From sequence record MK931440.1: a stretch of 44,155 bases of DNA, one strand, 5' to 3'. Below are positions 27,569 to 36,810 of the stretch, piece after piece. Each line of letters starts with the position of its first letter. The stretch's first letter is position 1. The notes under the pieces are model-generated. The model was not told the DNA's origin and ran no database searches. It was given only the letters and a program-made list of their open reading frames with translations. The translations under genes were made by a program, and so were the position numbers. Source of the DNA: Escherichia phage Shashou.

Positions 27569-27856
27569 CTAACTATAATAGTTCGCTATTAGGTCGTCAA
27601 CCTGTTTAAACGAACCAACGACAAAAACATTTGCACCACGTTTACGCATCCGCTCGTGCTCTCGTAGCTGGTGGGGGTCCGGCTTCGTGTTTTCATCTTT
27701 CTTAACCTCGACGAACCAGATGACGCTGCCGGGGAGGATTACCAGCAGGTCAGGGGCGCCCACTCTATTTTCGTACGACAATTTGCGTACGAGGCCCCCC
27801 AGGGCCTCGAATCGGTCTTTTGCGTATTTCTGAACAACTCCTTCTTTAGTCGCCAT
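27569..27856 (-). CDS. VRR-NUC domain nuclease
   Basis: PD-(D/E)xK signature GAPDLLV ... FVEVKK in a 95-aa protein. Confidence 0.65.
   Translation of the reverse strand: MATKEGVVQKYAKDRFEALGGLVRKLSYENRVGAPDLLVILPGSVIWFVEVKKDENTKPDPHQLREHERMRKRGANVFVVGSFKQVDDLIANYYS
27572..27600 (-). promoter_or_regulatory. promoter TTGACG-N17-TATAGT (minus strand) with palindrome AATAG-ttcg-CTATT
   Basis: Palindrome at 27577..27590 in spacer; upstream of helicase operon. Confidence 0.55.
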
Positions 27857-28346
27857 GGTTACAGAAATCTCCGTGTAGTGATTCTCTCGCCGCGCAGACT
27901 ACTTTGTACGCTTCCTCCTTTGTCGAAAAAGCACCGAAATATATGCGCTTCCCGTTCACGGTTATCCTTGCCCTAAATTTACCTCTTTCAGGTGATACCC
28001 CCTTTAAACATGAGGTGTTGTCACGCCTTACCCTTGCGTTTCTGGTATTCTCCCACCTGGTCGCTAACCGCAGGTTGCAAATCCGATTATCCGCACGGTC
28101 GCCGTTTATATGGTCAACCTCCTCCGGCGGCATATCACCGTACACCCACCACCAAGCCAATCGGTGTGCCGGATAGTGGACGTTTCTGAACACAACTTTC
28201 ATATACCCAAGGTCAGTGTAGTTATTTATAGCTTTCCCCGGAACAGACCGCGGACCACTTCGCTTAACCCATTTGAATACCCCAGTATCAGGGTCGTACG
28301 ACAGGAAATCTTTTATATCGTCACTTGGTGCTTTCATAATACGCAC
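27846..28346 (-). CDS. HNH homing endonuclease (free-standing)
   Basis: HNH core HYPAHRLAWWWVYG ... VDHINGDRADNRICNLRLATRWEN; C-terminal AP2-like DNA-binding region. Confidence 0.7.
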   Translation of the reverse strand: MRIMKAPSDDIKDFLSYDPDTGVFKWVKRSGPRSVPGKAINNYTDLGYMKVVFRNVHYPAHRLAWWWVYGDMPPEEVDHINGDRADNRICNLRLATRWENTRNARVRRDNTSCLKGVSPERGKFRARITVNGKRIYFGAFSTKEEAYKVVCAARESLHGDFCNHGD

Positions 28347-28419
28347 CCCTCACGTTTCGTATGCTCAATCCCGCAGCGCGGGCAGATTCGGCAGTCTTCT
28401 TCGTATAACCAGTAAATTT

Positions 28420-28551
28420 TCATTCCAGCACCCACATATAAATTGCGATGAACATGCCTAATACGGCAACCATCATGCCGTATTGGCCCTCGTGGCAGTA
28501 GACACCGGCGGCGAATCCTGCCAGTACCGCGATAATTAGTTTACTTAGCAT
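28420..28551 (-). CDS. small membrane protein (43 aa), hypothetical
   Basis: Overlaps DNA polymerase stop; two hydrophobic segments; not in ORF track. Confidence 0.35.
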   Translation of the reverse strand: MLSKLIIAVLAGFAAGVYCHEGQYGMMVAVLGMFIAIYMWVLE

Positions 28552-30712
28552 AACGCTTCATCTCCGCACCTTCCGCTACAAGAGGGAAGCCTTCTGCCCA
28601 CTCAGGCAGAGAACACATTAATTTTTCCAGTTCGCCCACCGTGTACTCAGATGTATCGGGGGTTTCGCAGATAATCTCATCGTGAACATGAAGTACAATT
28701 GGATAGCCGTTTGCTTCTACGTTCAGCAGGGCGTTAGCCAGCAAATCACGGCACAGCGCCTGAGTGCAGTTTTCCACGAGTTTACCGGAGTAGGTGTACT
28801 GGAAGCCCCACTGACGGGTTAACTGATTCTCTCCCTGGTACTTGATATGCACGTTAGTAGACACCTTCCCGTCTTCGTCTGTCTCTTTCGACACGCTCAA
28901 CCCGATGCCTGGATAGGACATAACGCGGCCAGACGGCAACGTCATGCGCAACCACCAACCGGCGACTTTGTTGCCGTTGTTGTCTGTATCTACGTTACGC
29001 GAAAACTTAACGCCCCGCGGCCCTGCGGTGAACTCTTTGCCTGGATTGCGGATAGCAGCCATAGCTGCGTCTTCAATATCTCGCCAGAATTGTACTATCG
29101 CTGGATTGGCCTCTCGGTACATGCGTTTCAGAGCGTCACATGTTCTCCATACTTTCTTATCAAGTATATATGATGGTCGGTCATCCTTTTCACCAGGACG
29201 TGGTGGTCGCTTGGCTTCCTGAATACGTGCCCACTCGTAACCGCGTGCAGTAGCAGCCCAAATATGGTCCGGGAAAGTTCCGTCTAAAGTGCGTGTCATA
29301 TCATTCAAATCAAGACCTAAGTTTTTAGCAAACGTGACGAAAGCACCGACACCACCCGCGTAGCCGAGGCCCAGAACCATTGCTTTGGCTATTTGTCTTT
29401 GGTCCTTTGTTACGTCGTCATAACTAACGTTGAACACGGTTGATGCGAGTTTCTTATACACATCAACCCCGTTTACAAATACTTCTATTAAATCGTCTTC
29501 ACCAGCAAGCCACGCAAGCCCGCGGCCCTCGACGTTAGAGTAATCAGCGACGACAAACTTGTGCCCTTCTTCTGGTATGATGCAGCTACGAACCGTCGAT
29601 GCCGTTAGCTTGGCTACGTCAAAACGGCGATGAGCACGGCCTTTAAGTAGCGCTGAAATACCTTTATCCAGTTCCTCATCATGGTAATACCCGCGAGCCA
29701 GGTTCTGTGGCTGGAAGCCTTTACCAGCAAATCGTAACGTACGCTTGGCCCCACCATACTGGATGCAACCCCGGCGGCGGTCGTCAGACGAGCGACCTAA
29801 CAGCAATGGGTTGTATTTCGTGGACGCCGTGGACGCGGCCCCGAGGCGCATTTCAATAATCGTACGCGCATCGTCCTGTAAATCATCATCCGCCAGCAGG
29901 TCATTCAGCGTCGACTTCTGTGCGTTGTGGATGCGGTGGGCGGGGGCGAGTTCACGCAGAATCGGCAGGAAGTCTTTACCGGTGAGTGAGCAGCCGTATT
30001 TGCGCTGGGCTTCTTCCTGCAACTGCGCCTTGTGCTTCTCTACGGCTTCAATCGCTGCTTCCGCCAGCGCAACATCAACCTTGAACCCACGGTCATTGAT
30101 TAACTGGTCCAGTTCCAGTACACGGTCTTCGAACTCAGAGTTACCCCACCGCGGCAGCTTATGGAATACTTCACGCATCGCGGTGATGTCGCTCACGGCG
30201 TACTTGATGAACAGCGCCCACTCGTCCGAGTGCGTTTCGGCGGTGTAGCGGCGGATTTTGTAGTTCTTCGGTGTCGGTTTAGAAAAACGCTTAATCAGCG
30301 CCTTGCCGCGTTTGTCTTTCGCGTTGTCTGCAGACACGCCCAGCACTTCACACAGCGCGTCAAGTGAACCCGGCAGCGCGTGACGAAATGCCCAAATCAT
30401 CGTATCAATGGTGTTGCTTACAGGAATATCAAAGCCCCAGCAGTGCTTCATGATGAGCCTATCGAACATTGAGCCGTTGTGCCACACCATCTTAATGCGG
30501 CTGTTTGGCTTAGCCAGACGGCGTAACGCGCGGTGCAAATCTCCCGGCATGTCGCTGCCGTCGGTGCAATCCCATGCCTGTACAGGCTCGTCGTCAAAAG
30601 CATAGGTACAGATGAGCACTTCGGTGGTTGGGTGTTCGGCGTAAGCGTAGGAGCCAACTTTCTTTAAATCGGCCTCGGAGAATGTTTCAAAGTCTAAGAA
30701 CAGGTAACTCAT
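28541..30712 (-). CDS. DNA polymerase, family A, with 3'-5' exonuclease domain
   Basis: Exo motif LFLDFETFS; motif A DYSNVEGR; motif B RQIAKAMVLGLGY; motif C VLHVHDEIICE. Confidence 0.85.
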   Translation of the reverse strand: MSYLFLDFETFSEADLKKVGSYAYAEHPTTEVLICTYAFDDEPVQAWDCTDGSDMPGDLHRALRRLAKPNSRIKMVWHNGSMFDRLIMKHCWGFDIPVSNTIDTMIWAFRHALPGSLDALCEVLGVSADNAKDKRGKALIKRFSKPTPKNYKIRRYTAETHSDEWALFIKYAVSDITAMREVFHKLPRWGNSEFEDRVLELDQLINDRGFKVDVALAEAAIEAVEKHKAQLQEEAQRKYGCSLTGKDFLPILRELAPAHRIHNAQKSTLNDLLADDDLQDDARTIIEMRLGAASTASTKYNPLLLGRSSDDRRRGCIQYGGAKRTLRFAGKGFQPQNLARGYYHDEELDKGISALLKGRAHRRFDVAKLTASTVRSCIIPEEGHKFVVADYSNVEGRGLAWLAGEDDLIEVFVNGVDVYKKLASTVFNVSYDDVTKDQRQIAKAMVLGLGYAGGVGAFVTFAKNLGLDLNDMTRTLDGTFPDHIWAATARGYEWARIQEAKRPPRPGEKDDRPSYILDKKVWRTCDALKRMYREANPAIVQFWRDIEDAAMAAIRNPGKEFTAGPRGVKFSRNVDTDNNGNKVAGWWLRMTLPSGRVMSYPGIGLSVSKETDEDGKVSTNVHIKYQGENQLTRQWGFQYTYSGKLVENCTQALCRDLLANALLNVEANGYPIVLHVHDEIICETPDTSEYTVGELEKLMCSLPEWAEGFPLVAEGAEMKRYAK

Positions 30713-30724
30713 TATTTTCGACCC

Positions 30725-30752
30725 TTAGTAAAAAGGCCCAATGAAGGGCCTT
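30725..30752 (-). terminator. intra-operon hairpin (putative attenuator) between SSB and DNA polymerase genes
   Basis: On minus strand aggccc-ttcatt-gggcct followed by TTTTT. Confidence 0.4.
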
Positions 30753-30771
30753 AGTTAAATCGATTCAGATA

Positions 30772-31398
30772 TTAGCGACGGCGACGTTCGCGGCGCGGTG
30801 CTGCATCTTCATCGTCGTCTTCCAGGTCATCGACACTTGCGGCGACTTTAGAACCACCGAACGCTTTACCTTCGCCAACATATTTAATTGCCAGAAGGTT
30901 AACACCGAGGACTTTGTATTTCTGGCTGAACCAGATTTCGACGCTTACGTTAGCAACGCAGCCGCTGTAAACCTGTTCACCTTCAATCTGTTCGCCGTCT
31001 ACGTTGAAGTCCTGTTCTACCTGAGTCTCACCTTTTTTAGAGGTTACAATCAGTGGCTGTTTCTGCGCCTTCGCTTTGAAGTAGAAGCCTTCCGGGAAAT
31101 CTTCAAACGGATTGTCGCGCTCGGCAATGTCTTTAATCGCGCATTTATCCATGTGCTTACCTTCGCCGTAGTTGGACTTCATCCATTTCTCGGCGGCGGC
31201 GGCACCTAATGCTTCTTCAACTACAGCATAAACAGCGTCGTATAGCGCGTCGATTTGAGCATGGTCGGACGGCAGGATAATCGTTGCGCTGTACTGGCCC
31301 TTAGTGATTGAGCCATCATCGTTTTCACGGTCTTTTTCGCGTTCGAATACGTTAACCCATGCAGTGTTTACTTTACGCAGATTTAATTTCAGTCCCAT
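30772..31398 (-). CDS. ssDNA-binding protein (T7 gp2.5-like, putative)
   Basis: N-terminal TAWVNVFEREKD...ILP and C-terminal acidic tail DDLEDDDED; position in replication module. Confidence 0.55.
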   Translation of the reverse strand: MGLKLNLRKVNTAWVNVFEREKDRENDDGSITKGQYSATIILPSDHAQIDALYDAVYAVVEEALGAAAAEKWMKSNYGEGKHMDKCAIKDIAERDNPFEDFPEGFYFKAKAQKQPLIVTSKKGETQVEQDFNVDGEQIEGEQVYSGCVANVSVEIWFSQKYKVLGVNLLAIKYVGEGKAFGGSKVAASVDDLEDDDEDAAPRRERRRR

Positions 31399-31456
31399 CG
31401 TGATTTCTCGCTTTTAAGTTTCGTTTACTCCGGGAAGCTGCCCGGCCAGTGATTTA

Positions 31457-31485
31457 ACTATAATAGTTTGCTATTCAGGTGTCAA
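31457..31485 (-). promoter_or_regulatory. promoter TTGACA-N17-TATAGT (minus strand) with palindrome AATAG-tttg-CTATT
   Basis: Palindrome at 31462..31475; upstream of SSB/DNA polymerase operon. Confidence 0.55.
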
Positions 31486-31489
31486 CACT

Positions 31490-31678
31490 TTATTTACTAT
31501 CTGGGTTAATTACATGCCTTACATCAATCTTACCTTTGTTAACCATTCGGATAATTTTACCCATCTCGTCGTGCATTACCATATTAAATACGCGGCGTAT
31601 CGTTTTGTTTTTACCTAGCTTTGCCCCGTTTCGGTACTGTTCTACGTAGCTTTTTTGCAATTCTTGAATCGTACTCAT
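31490..31678 (-). CDS. hypothetical protein
   Basis: Start at Met11 of track ORF with AGGAGG RBS; ATGA overlap with upstream exonuclease gene. Confidence 0.5.
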   Translation of the reverse strand: MSTIQELQKSYVEQYRNGAKLGKNKTIRRVFNMVMHDEMGKIIRMVNKGKIDVRHVINPDSK

Positions 31679-32931
31679 TCTAAATCCTCCTCTGTTACAC
31701 GGTCCCACTCAGGCCGTTTATCGTCTGCCGCGGCGACGCATGGCGCTCCCGGCTTACGGGTAATGAAGTCTTTCAGTTCTTCTTCCGGGATAACTTTAAC
31801 AGCTTCTGTCGGCGTCATGAGCACTTCTTTAGTCAGCTTGTCGCCGTAGAGTTCTGCTACTTTCTCTGCATCTTTCCACGCACGATTACCAGGACGACCC
31901 TCGACCAACTTGTACCCTAGCACTTTCTTACCGGAATGTAACGCAGCTGCCATCGCTTTCTCAACCTTGTCGATGTGCTGTCGTAACAGCGGTAACTTCT
32001 CATACTCAGCGACGAGTTGCTCAGGTGTCAGTTCAAGCGCAAAGTCGTCCTCCAGTTCTTCTGCCAGTACCGCGTTAACCGTCTTCGTACGTGCGGCGCA
32101 CTGTTCAGAGAACCGACACCACTGACAACCATCGACCGACGGCTTGAAGTCCGACGCTTTCAGGTTCTTCTTGCCACGGGAATAGGCATCTAACGTTAAC
32201 AGCGCACGTTTCTGCGCGAACTTAGCGAACAGTTCCAGACCTTCAACCGAGATGTCCCACTCTGACGCACCACCAGCATACGGCTGGAAGATGACAAGAC
32301 GAACGGTTGTTATGCTATAACGTCTCTTGAGTCGGCGATAAACACCGAGAGCGTAAAGCATAAGCTGTTTGTTTTCTTTCGCTTCGACACGATGTCGCCC
32401 GGTTTTCAGGTCGCCGATGATAAGCATGTACTCGTCGGTGTTGGCCCGTTCCTGAACGGCGACAAGGTCAGCGGTCCCGAACGTCTCAACGCCTTCATAG
32501 CCTGGATGCAATACCTCAGTAAGATTTACGCGCATTTCCAGCTTGGCGTAAGTCGCTACGTCGATAATCGCTTTGCAGTAATCGGTGTACTTGCGCACCT
32601 GCTCAATCATATCCGCCGTAATTAGTACCGCGCCTTTCATTGGGCTGATTAGTGCCTTAATCTGGCCTCTACCCTCATCCAGCACATAAGCGCCGACTTC
32701 GCGCTCTAACGGCAACGCAGTCCCGCGGATATAGGCGTTGAGATGGACCTCTGCTATGGTGTGGCACGCGGTCCCTGTAACGGCGGCTTTACCAGACGTG
32801 TTAGGAATATCTTTTTCACAGGCCAGTGACGCACTGCACGTCAGCCACTTCTTAGCACCCGACGGTGACAATATGGCGTGCACATCATTATTGCCCCCGC
32901 GTTCCTTTAAAATCATACCCTGTTCTCCCAC
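31675..32931 (-). CDS. PD-(D/E)xK exonuclease, Cas4/RecB-like with Cys cluster
   Basis: Nuclease core IIGDLKTG ... Q.MLYALG; C-terminal cysteines C-x2-C-x5-C (DGCQWCRFSEQC) typical of Fe-S cluster. Confidence 0.65.
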   Translation of the reverse strand: MGEQGMILKERGGNNDVHAILSPSGAKKWLTCSASLACEKDIPNTSGKAAVTGTACHTIAEVHLNAYIRGTALPLEREVGAYVLDEGRGQIKALISPMKGAVLITADMIEQVRKYTDYCKAIIDVATYAKLEMRVNLTEVLHPGYEGVETFGTADLVAVQERANTDEYMLIIGDLKTGRHRVEAKENKQLMLYALGVYRRLKRRYSITTVRLVIFQPYAGGASEWDISVEGLELFAKFAQKRALLTLDAYSRGKKNLKASDFKPSVDGCQWCRFSEQCAARTKTVNAVLAEELEDDFALELTPEQLVAEYEKLPLLRQHIDKVEKAMAAALHSGKKVLGYKLVEGRPGNRAWKDAEKVAELYGDKLTKEVLMTPTEAVKVIPEEELKDFITRKPGAPCVAAADDKRPEWDRVTEEDLE

Positions 32932-33185
32932 TGGTCAATTAAATGTCTCGTCTTATGGTCGCAATGTAAGGCCCATCCATACATCGACTCGAAGACATAA
33001 AAGTCAGGTTTGGCGAATGTCGTGCGCTTAATCTGCGACACGTGACGGCCTGTATCTTTGGGCCGTGGTGCTTTGCCTAAGTACGCCATTTCTTCCATCT
33101 GATGCGCACCGGATGGCGCACGCAATAGCCACAACGCCTCGGTGTTATCGCGCCTGTCTACGGCTCGGTAGAGTTGGTAAATCAT
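32913..33185 (-). CDS. hypothetical protein
   Basis: 90-aa ORF overlapping exonuclease start; GAGGG RBS. Confidence 0.5.
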   Translation of the reverse strand: MIYQLYRAVDRRDNTEALWLLRAPSGAHQMEEMAYLGKAPRPKDTGRHVSQIKRTTFAKPDFYVFESMYGWALHCDHKTRHLIDQWENRV

Positions 33186-33228
33186 AATTCCGACCCTCAG
33201 TTAAAGCGGCCCGGAGGCCGCAGGATAA

Positions 33229-33720
33229 TTATTCTTCTTCGAAATACTTGTTCTTGATTGCCGTCAGGCGCTCCAGGTATTCAACCAGGTCTTCGTCTTT
33301 AATCGCGGCAATCTTCATCTTCTTACCGGTGAACTCTTCCAGCAGTTCATCGGAGTCATCGCACGCGGCATCGCTCGGGCCTTCGTTAATCGCACCGTCG
33401 ATAGCCTGAATCTGGTCGCGCAGAGACTGGTAATCGACTTCTTCTTCCGGTTCTGGCGTCGGCTCCTCTACTTTAGCTTTACGCGGCTTGCGTTTCGGCT
33501 TCTCTTCTTCTTCCGGTTTAGTGTCGACTACGTCTTCACCTTCAACCGGGATTTCTTTTGTTTCTTCTTTAATACTTTCAGAGAACTGCTCAATTTTATG
33601 CGCGGCTACTGCGGCGGCCTCTTTGGCAGTAGTTGGCGCGAACTGTTTTGCACTGTTCGCAGCAATCAGTTCATGGGCAACTACGAAACGCTCCAGTAAT
33701 TTCAGAAATTGTTCTAACAT
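33229..33720 (-). CDS. hypothetical acidic protein
   Basis: 163-aa ORF with AGGAGAG RBS; highly acidic central region. Confidence 0.55.
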   Translation of the reverse strand: MLEQFLKLLERFVVAHELIAANSAKQFAPTTAKEAAAVAAHKIEQFSESIKEETKEIPVEGEDVVDTKPEEEEKPKRKPRKAKVEEPTPEPEEEVDYQSLRDQIQAIDGAINEGPSDAACDDSDELLEEFTGKKMKIAAIKDEDLVEYLERLTAIKNKYFEEE

Positions 33721-33735
33721 TTGTTTCTCTCCTGT

Positions 33736-33885
33736 TTATTTATACTTAACGGTTTTGACTAACTGGCCTGTTGCTTTGTCGAAGAAGCCAACACGATTGT
33801 TGCTTACGCTATATCGTGCGGTTTCTTTAGTTCCAAATGCGATATCAAGGCCTAACAGAATCTTTGCTTTGCGGTTGTTAACCAT
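33736..33885 (-). CDS. small hypothetical protein (49 aa)
   Basis: First ORF downstream of promoter 33916..33944 with GGAGAG RBS; not in ORF track. Confidence 0.4.
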   Translation of the reverse strand: MVNNRKAKILLGLDIAFGTKETARYSVSNNRVGFFDKATGQLVKTVKYK

Positions 33886-33915
33886 TGTGTCTCTCCTCTC
33901 GTTTGGTATGGGCTA

Positions 33916-33944
33916 ACTATAATAGCGAACTATTCACTTGTCAA
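33916..33944 (-). promoter_or_regulatory. promoter TTGACA-N17-TATAGT (minus strand) with palindrome AATAG-cgaa-CTATT
   Basis: Palindrome at 33921..33934; upstream of exonuclease operon; divergent from XRE gene. Confidence 0.55.
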
Positions 33945-33964
33945 TGGGTTTTTCTAAAATAATT

Positions 33965-33978
33965 AATATGGTACTATT
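33965..33978 (+). promoter_or_regulatory. degenerate palindrome AATAT-ggta-CTATT upstream of XRE regulator gene
   Basis: Overlaps a TACTAT -10-like hexamer about 30 nt upstream of the XRE start. Confidence 0.35.
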
Positions 33979-34008
33979 CACGCATCAACTAACTAAGGAG
34001 TAACTGAC

Positions 34009-34224
34009 ATGCAACCATCTGAACTAGGCATCCGTGTAGAACAACGCCGTAAAGAACTCGGCATCTCCCAGCGCCGTCTGGCTGTCCTGACTGGCGTTTC
34101 CCAGGGCGCGATTAACCAACTGGCACTTGGGGTAACTCAGGACGTCCGCCCGGCGACGCTGTTTAAACTGGCGGAAGTGCTGGAGATAGACGCCAAGTGG
34201 CTGGCGTTAGGTGAAGGGGCTTAA
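34009..34224 (+). CDS. HTH XRE-family transcriptional regulator
   Basis: HTH ISQRRLAVLTGVSQGAINQLALG; RBS aaggag; plus-strand gene flanked by minus-strand operons. Confidence 0.75.
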   Translation: MQPSELGIRVEQRRKELGISQRRLAVLTGVSQGAINQLALGVTQDVRPATLFKLAEVLEIDAKWLALGEGA

Positions 34225-34242
34225 TGCCCCTTTCTTTTTATA
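34212..34242 (+). terminator. intrinsic terminator overlapping XRE stop codon
   Basis: aggggc-ttaa-tgcccct followed by T-rich tract; stop codon lies in the loop. Confidence 0.55.
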
Positions 34243-34255
34243 GCAACTTATCGAG

Positions 34256-34552
34256 CTATTCCAAATTCTTAATCGTGTGTTGCACGTTCAGGTACTGAAT
34301 CCACGCAAAAAGCCATACGCTTAACGGAAAACTAACCACAGCTGCCGTTCTGAAAACAATGTGGACGGTACACGCTACAATTTCCTTTACCGTCATATCC
34401 AGAACGTGGCGCAATTCTGCAACTTCCTCTAACGCTAGCTTGCAAGCAGGCCACCATTGGTGTGCTACACAAGAAACACATGTCAGGTACGACGGGCGGT
34501 ATCCAGCCCTCACTGCTTTAAACGGGTTATCTATAAAATCGTAGATATTCAT
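34256..34552 (-). CDS. hypothetical protein
   Basis: ATGA overlap with primase-helicase stop; C-terminal hydrophobic segment. Confidence 0.45.
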   Translation of the reverse strand: MNIYDFIDNPFKAVRAGYRPSYLTCVSCVAHQWWPACKLALEEVAELRHVLDMTVKEIVACTVHIVFRTAAVVSFPLSVWLFAWIQYLNVQHTIKNLE

Positions 34553-36810
34553 TCCAAATCCTCTTCTGTCACTATCAGCATCTCATTCGGCTCGTATATT
34601 GTCTTCGGAATCTTGTTATCGTTTATGCCCCACGGCAGCCGATATTGCTTAGGTATAGGCCTGTTGTTATTATCCAGCCCAGAGACGATAACCCCGGCCT
34701 CGTGCATCTCCTCCAGTTTCTTTCGAAGGTCGTTATTAGCGTTAATCGGTACACCATAACTATCTTCTTTCACCGCTTTGACGATAGCGGACATAGAAAA
34801 CCCTCGCTTGTCGTCGCCCTGCTCCTGCAATTTACCTAATGCGTAAATAACCGTAGCTTCTTTGGTGCCCAGTTTCTCGAACTGGCCTACCTTTTCTTTA
34901 ACGGCTTCCTTCTGTTCGTCGGTCATACCTTCTACTTTCTTCACGAAGACAGAGAAGGCGTTAAAGTTAACAAAGACATCGATGTGCGGATTTCCCGCGT
35001 CAAAATCTCGTACATCGTCACTGCTATACCCTTCCGGAAGCACCATGAAGTTGTGAGTTGGTTCTTTCTTTTCCGGCGGCTCCGCTATCTGAATCTTCTG
35101 TATTACGAATCCTCTGGCTTTCTGCCGTTCTCCGTTTCGGTTCTTTATGTGATACAGGTTTATCTCTAAGTTATTGTCGTTGTCTGGTTTATGCAGGAAC
35201 ATCCCGTTATCGATGGAGTTGTGAAAGTCGCTCCCACCCTTCGGCATCATGCCGTTTTCAGACGGTACGGTTTCGTCGATGTTTTTAGTCGGGTGCACCA
35301 TAGCGCCTACCGCAGCGTTAAGCGTCGACGCTATTTCGTTAAGCGCCTGCGCCGCTTCTTTCATCGACCTGTTGTCGTTCTCGTCGAAGCCTGGTATGCA
35401 AGTTTGTAGGGTATCAAACGTAACCTTTACAATTTTCTCTTCACCGGCGACACGGCGCATCATTCTTACCGCCTGGCGGCGCCATGCTTCATCAAGTAAA
35501 TTACACCCATCGGCAACACAATCGATAATGTGCAAGCGGTCCAGGCTATCCCCGAGGGCAATCTGCAAAGACTTTTTATGTCGCTCGAACGACTGTGCGC
35601 CTTCACCGGCGAAAATGAACGCATGTCCTTCTGCAACCTCTGCCCCACCGAACGCATATCTTTTTTCGGCGGCAATAGCGGCGTCAATCGCCATACTAAA
35701 TGTCGACTTACCAGTGTGGGACTTTGCGCAAATGTAAAACGATTCGTTAGTCTGCATAAGGCCGTCTACGACGGAGTAAGCAGGTTCTTTTTCAACTTCC
35801 GGCTCGTCTTCGAGGTCTTCCAGAGTGCAAGTTACAGGCTCTTCATTCTCTGTGCGGTGTAATTCCTCAATCTCTTCGTCCGGTAAATCAGGCAGAGCCG
35901 CACGAATGCTGTTAATACTGATAGGTTGCTTGTCTACGTTAAGCTCGTCCGGAAGACCGCACATACGCAGAGCCAAATGTTGTCGGCGGTTAAGCTCGGT
36001 GCAAGCGCCGTTGTTTGTGTGCTGGCACACGAAGCGCACTTCTTTACCATCAAGCATAATGCTGGTAGAGCCTTTGCCGGTGTGCAGGTGTTCGTTAGGG
36101 CAAGGCACTTCGTACCCGCGACCGGAAGATAAAGCGTCAAGGCCAAGCTCCGCTTCGCAGAAATGCGCTATATCCGCGTTAAGCCCATGCTCATCGGCAG
36201 CAAGGGTCTTAGCTTCACGTTTACGCAACCCCATTTCTTCGGCTTTCTTGATGTACCGCTCGGCACGGATAACACGCCCTTCTGTAACCGTTATCTTCGA
36301 CTCTTTATGCGGCAGGTAGATAAGGCGGTTGCCATCTTCTGTGCAGTGGTCACGCAGCGCTTCGTCTATCTCTAACTCTGCACAAATGGCGCGTTGTACC
36401 ATCCACGCATCGTTAGAGTTAAACGGCGTGCGTGCAGGTACAAGAACGCGAAAGGCGTAATCCCCGTTTTTACACGCGTGCTGATGCGACGCCGTTGTGT
36501 GCAGAATGTTGAAGAACGGCGCGTTCTTGAATTTGCGCGTCAGGTCGCGGTACTGAGCGCGGTTGAGATGGTCAAAGTCGAACTTAACCACACTGTCTTC
36601 CAGAATCGCGTTCTTACGGCGACCGCCAACCGGCGCAATAGCTTTCTGCTTAATCTTGGCCGCGTCGTACTCTTCCTTAGTCCATGACGGGTCTACGGAC
36701 AGACGCTTCGATGTATCGCAGACATACTCTACAAACTGCTCCAGTGGCATTTCACGGGCTACCGGGTTTTTATCGAATGTGTTACGCAGCGTTGCAAAAA
36801 CAATATTCAT
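34549..36810 (-). CDS. DNA primase / RecA-like ATPase (primase-helicase)
   Basis: Cys/His cluster CPNEH...C...C in N-terminal half; Walker A AKSHTGKST and Walker B-like HIIDCV in C-terminal half. Confidence 0.6.
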   Translation of the reverse strand: MNIVFATLRNTFDKNPVAREMPLEQFVEYVCDTSKRLSVDPSWTKEEYDAAKIKQKAIAPVGGRRKNAILEDSVVKFDFDHLNRAQYRDLTRKFKNAPFFNILHTTASHQHACKNGDYAFRVLVPARTPFNSNDAWMVQRAICAELEIDEALRDHCTEDGNRLIYLPHKESKITVTEGRVIRAERYIKKAEEMGLRKREAKTLAADEHGLNADIAHFCEAELGLDALSSGRGYEVPCPNEHLHTGKGSTSIMLDGKEVRFVCQHTNNGACTELNRRQHLALRMCGLPDELNVDKQPISINSIRAALPDLPDEEIEELHRTENEEPVTCTLEDLEDEPEVEKEPAYSVVDGLMQTNESFYICAKSHTGKSTFSMAIDAAIAAEKRYAFGGAEVAEGHAFIFAGEGAQSFERHKKSLQIALGDSLDRLHIIDCVADGCNLLDEAWRRQAVRMMRRVAGEEKIVKVTFDTLQTCIPGFDENDNRSMKEAAQALNEIASTLNAAVGAMVHPTKNIDETVPSENGMMPKGGSDFHNSIDNGMFLHKPDNDNNLEINLYHIKNRNGERQKARGFVIQKIQIAEPPEKKEPTHNFMVLPEGYSSDDVRDFDAGNPHIDVFVNFNAFSVFVKKVEGMTDEQKEAVKEKVGQFEKLGTKEATVIYALGKLQEQGDDKRGFSMSAIVKAVKEDSYGVPINANNDLRKKLEEMHEAGVIVSGLDNNNRPIPKQYRLPWGINDNKIPKTIYEPNEMLIVTEEDLE

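Noticed and set aside
35249-36319. Several plus-strand ORFs (76-164 aa) within the primase-helicase region
   Set aside because: All antisense to a long motif-bearing gene; no start signals; Cys/Ser/Arg-rich junk-like composition.
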